In this document: positions 63,085 to 64,000 of the stretch, in pieces | How the letters are laid out: every line of letters starts with the position of its first letter | Position numbering within the stretch: position 1 is the stretch's first letter | Position numbers and translations under genes: made by a program | Notes under the pieces: model-generated | Told to the model about the DNA's origin: nothing | Databases searched by the model: none | The model's input: the letters and a program-made list of their open reading frames with translations, nothing else | Assembly: GCF_004010195.1 (NCBI RefSeq) | Contig: NC_057719.1 | Coordinates: 5,820,570-5,884,569, forward strand | Reading direction: 5' to 3' | DNA length: 64,000 bases | Source of the DNA: Chiloscyllium plagiosum | Lineage: Eukaryota

Positions 63085-64000
63085 TTAGAGTCACAGAGAT
63101 GCATAGCACGGAAACAGACTCTTCGGTCCAACCTGTCCATGCCGACCAGATATCCCAACCCAACCTAGTCCCACCTGCAAGCACCTGGCCCATATCCCTC
63201 CCAACACTCCCTATTCATATACCCACCCAGATGCCTTTTAAATGTTGTAATTGTACCAGCCTCCACCACTTCCTCTGGCAGCCCATTCCATACACATACC
63301 ACCCTCTGCGTGAAAAAGTTGCTCCTTAGGTCCCTTTTAATTTTTTTCCCCCTTCACCCTAAATCTATGCCCTGTAGTTCTGGACTCTCCCATCCCAGGG
63401 AAAAGTCCTTGTCTATTTACCCTATTCATGCCTTTCATGATTTTATAAACTTCCTGTAAGGTCATTTGGAAAGGCAAGGACTGATTAGGGATAATCAACA
63501 TGGCTTATGCATGGGAAATCATGTCTCACAAAATTGTTTTGAGTTTTTTTGAAGAAGTAATGAAGAGGATTGATGACGGCAGAGCAGTGGATGTGATCTA
63601 TATAGACTTCAGTAAGGCATTCGACAAGTGTTGAACACTCCAGCCTGTTCAACCTCTCCCCCTGTAGCTCAAATCCTCCGACCCTGGCAATATTGTAAAC
63701 ATTTTCTGAACCCTTTCAAGTTTCTGATAGGAGCGAAACCAGAACTGCACTCAATATTCTAAAAGTGGCCTAGTCAAAGTCCTGTACAGCCACAACATGA
63801 CCTCAATGCTCTTTCCAATAATAGGAAAGCATACCAAACACCTTCTTCACTATCCTTTCTACCTGCAACTCCACTTTCAAGGTGCTATGAAACTGCATTC
63901 CAAGGTCTTTTTGTTCAGCAACACTCCCCCAGGACCTTACCATTAAGTGTATATTTCTGCTCTGATTTGCTTTCCCAAAATGTAGTACCCTACATTTATC
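63085..64000 (-). mobile_element. CR1 3' region with an embedded opposite-strand RT piece (63466-63630)
   Basis: Minus CR1 tail from 63085; the plus-strand piece encodes FFEEVMKRIDDGRAVDVIYIDFSKAFDK. Confidence 0.85.

Noticed and set aside
1..64000. CRISPR array, prokaryotic operon or intact autonomous transposon
   Set aside because: No regularly spaced repeat-spacer array, the gene is a spliced vertebrate gene, and every retroelement ORF is truncated or frameshifted.

Overview
Eukaryotic, repeat-rich DNA from a cartilaginous fish (shark-type V-SINE/HE1, DeuSINE and CR1/HER1 repeats). The whole window lies inside one + strand gene, TTC7B. Six consecutive internal exons (862-940, 14964-15136, 23028-23091, 33921-34058, 57528-57611, 61348-61452) have canonical AG/GT ends and matching phases, and splice into one open frame. 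The introns (4-23 kb) hold decayed CR1, RTE, Rex1/Babar-like and L2 LINE fragments, tRNA-derived SINEs, a tRNA-Ala pseudogene and three N gaps. The most interesting signal is about 14 short Penelope-like element (PLE) termini from at least 3-4 families. They carry a minimal type I hammerhead ribozyme motif with covarying stems and a self-complementary loopless stem III (ACGU or AGCU). Several are near-perfect ~190-bp fold-back palindromes bounded by 12-17 bp target-site duplications (TSDs). One copy is linked to a GIY-YIG coding remnant, and one appears to have captured neighbouring DNA. Hammerheads in PLEs are known in general; I cannot check whether these families are described. Family names come from motif recognition, not database searches, and the edges of old repeats are approximate.
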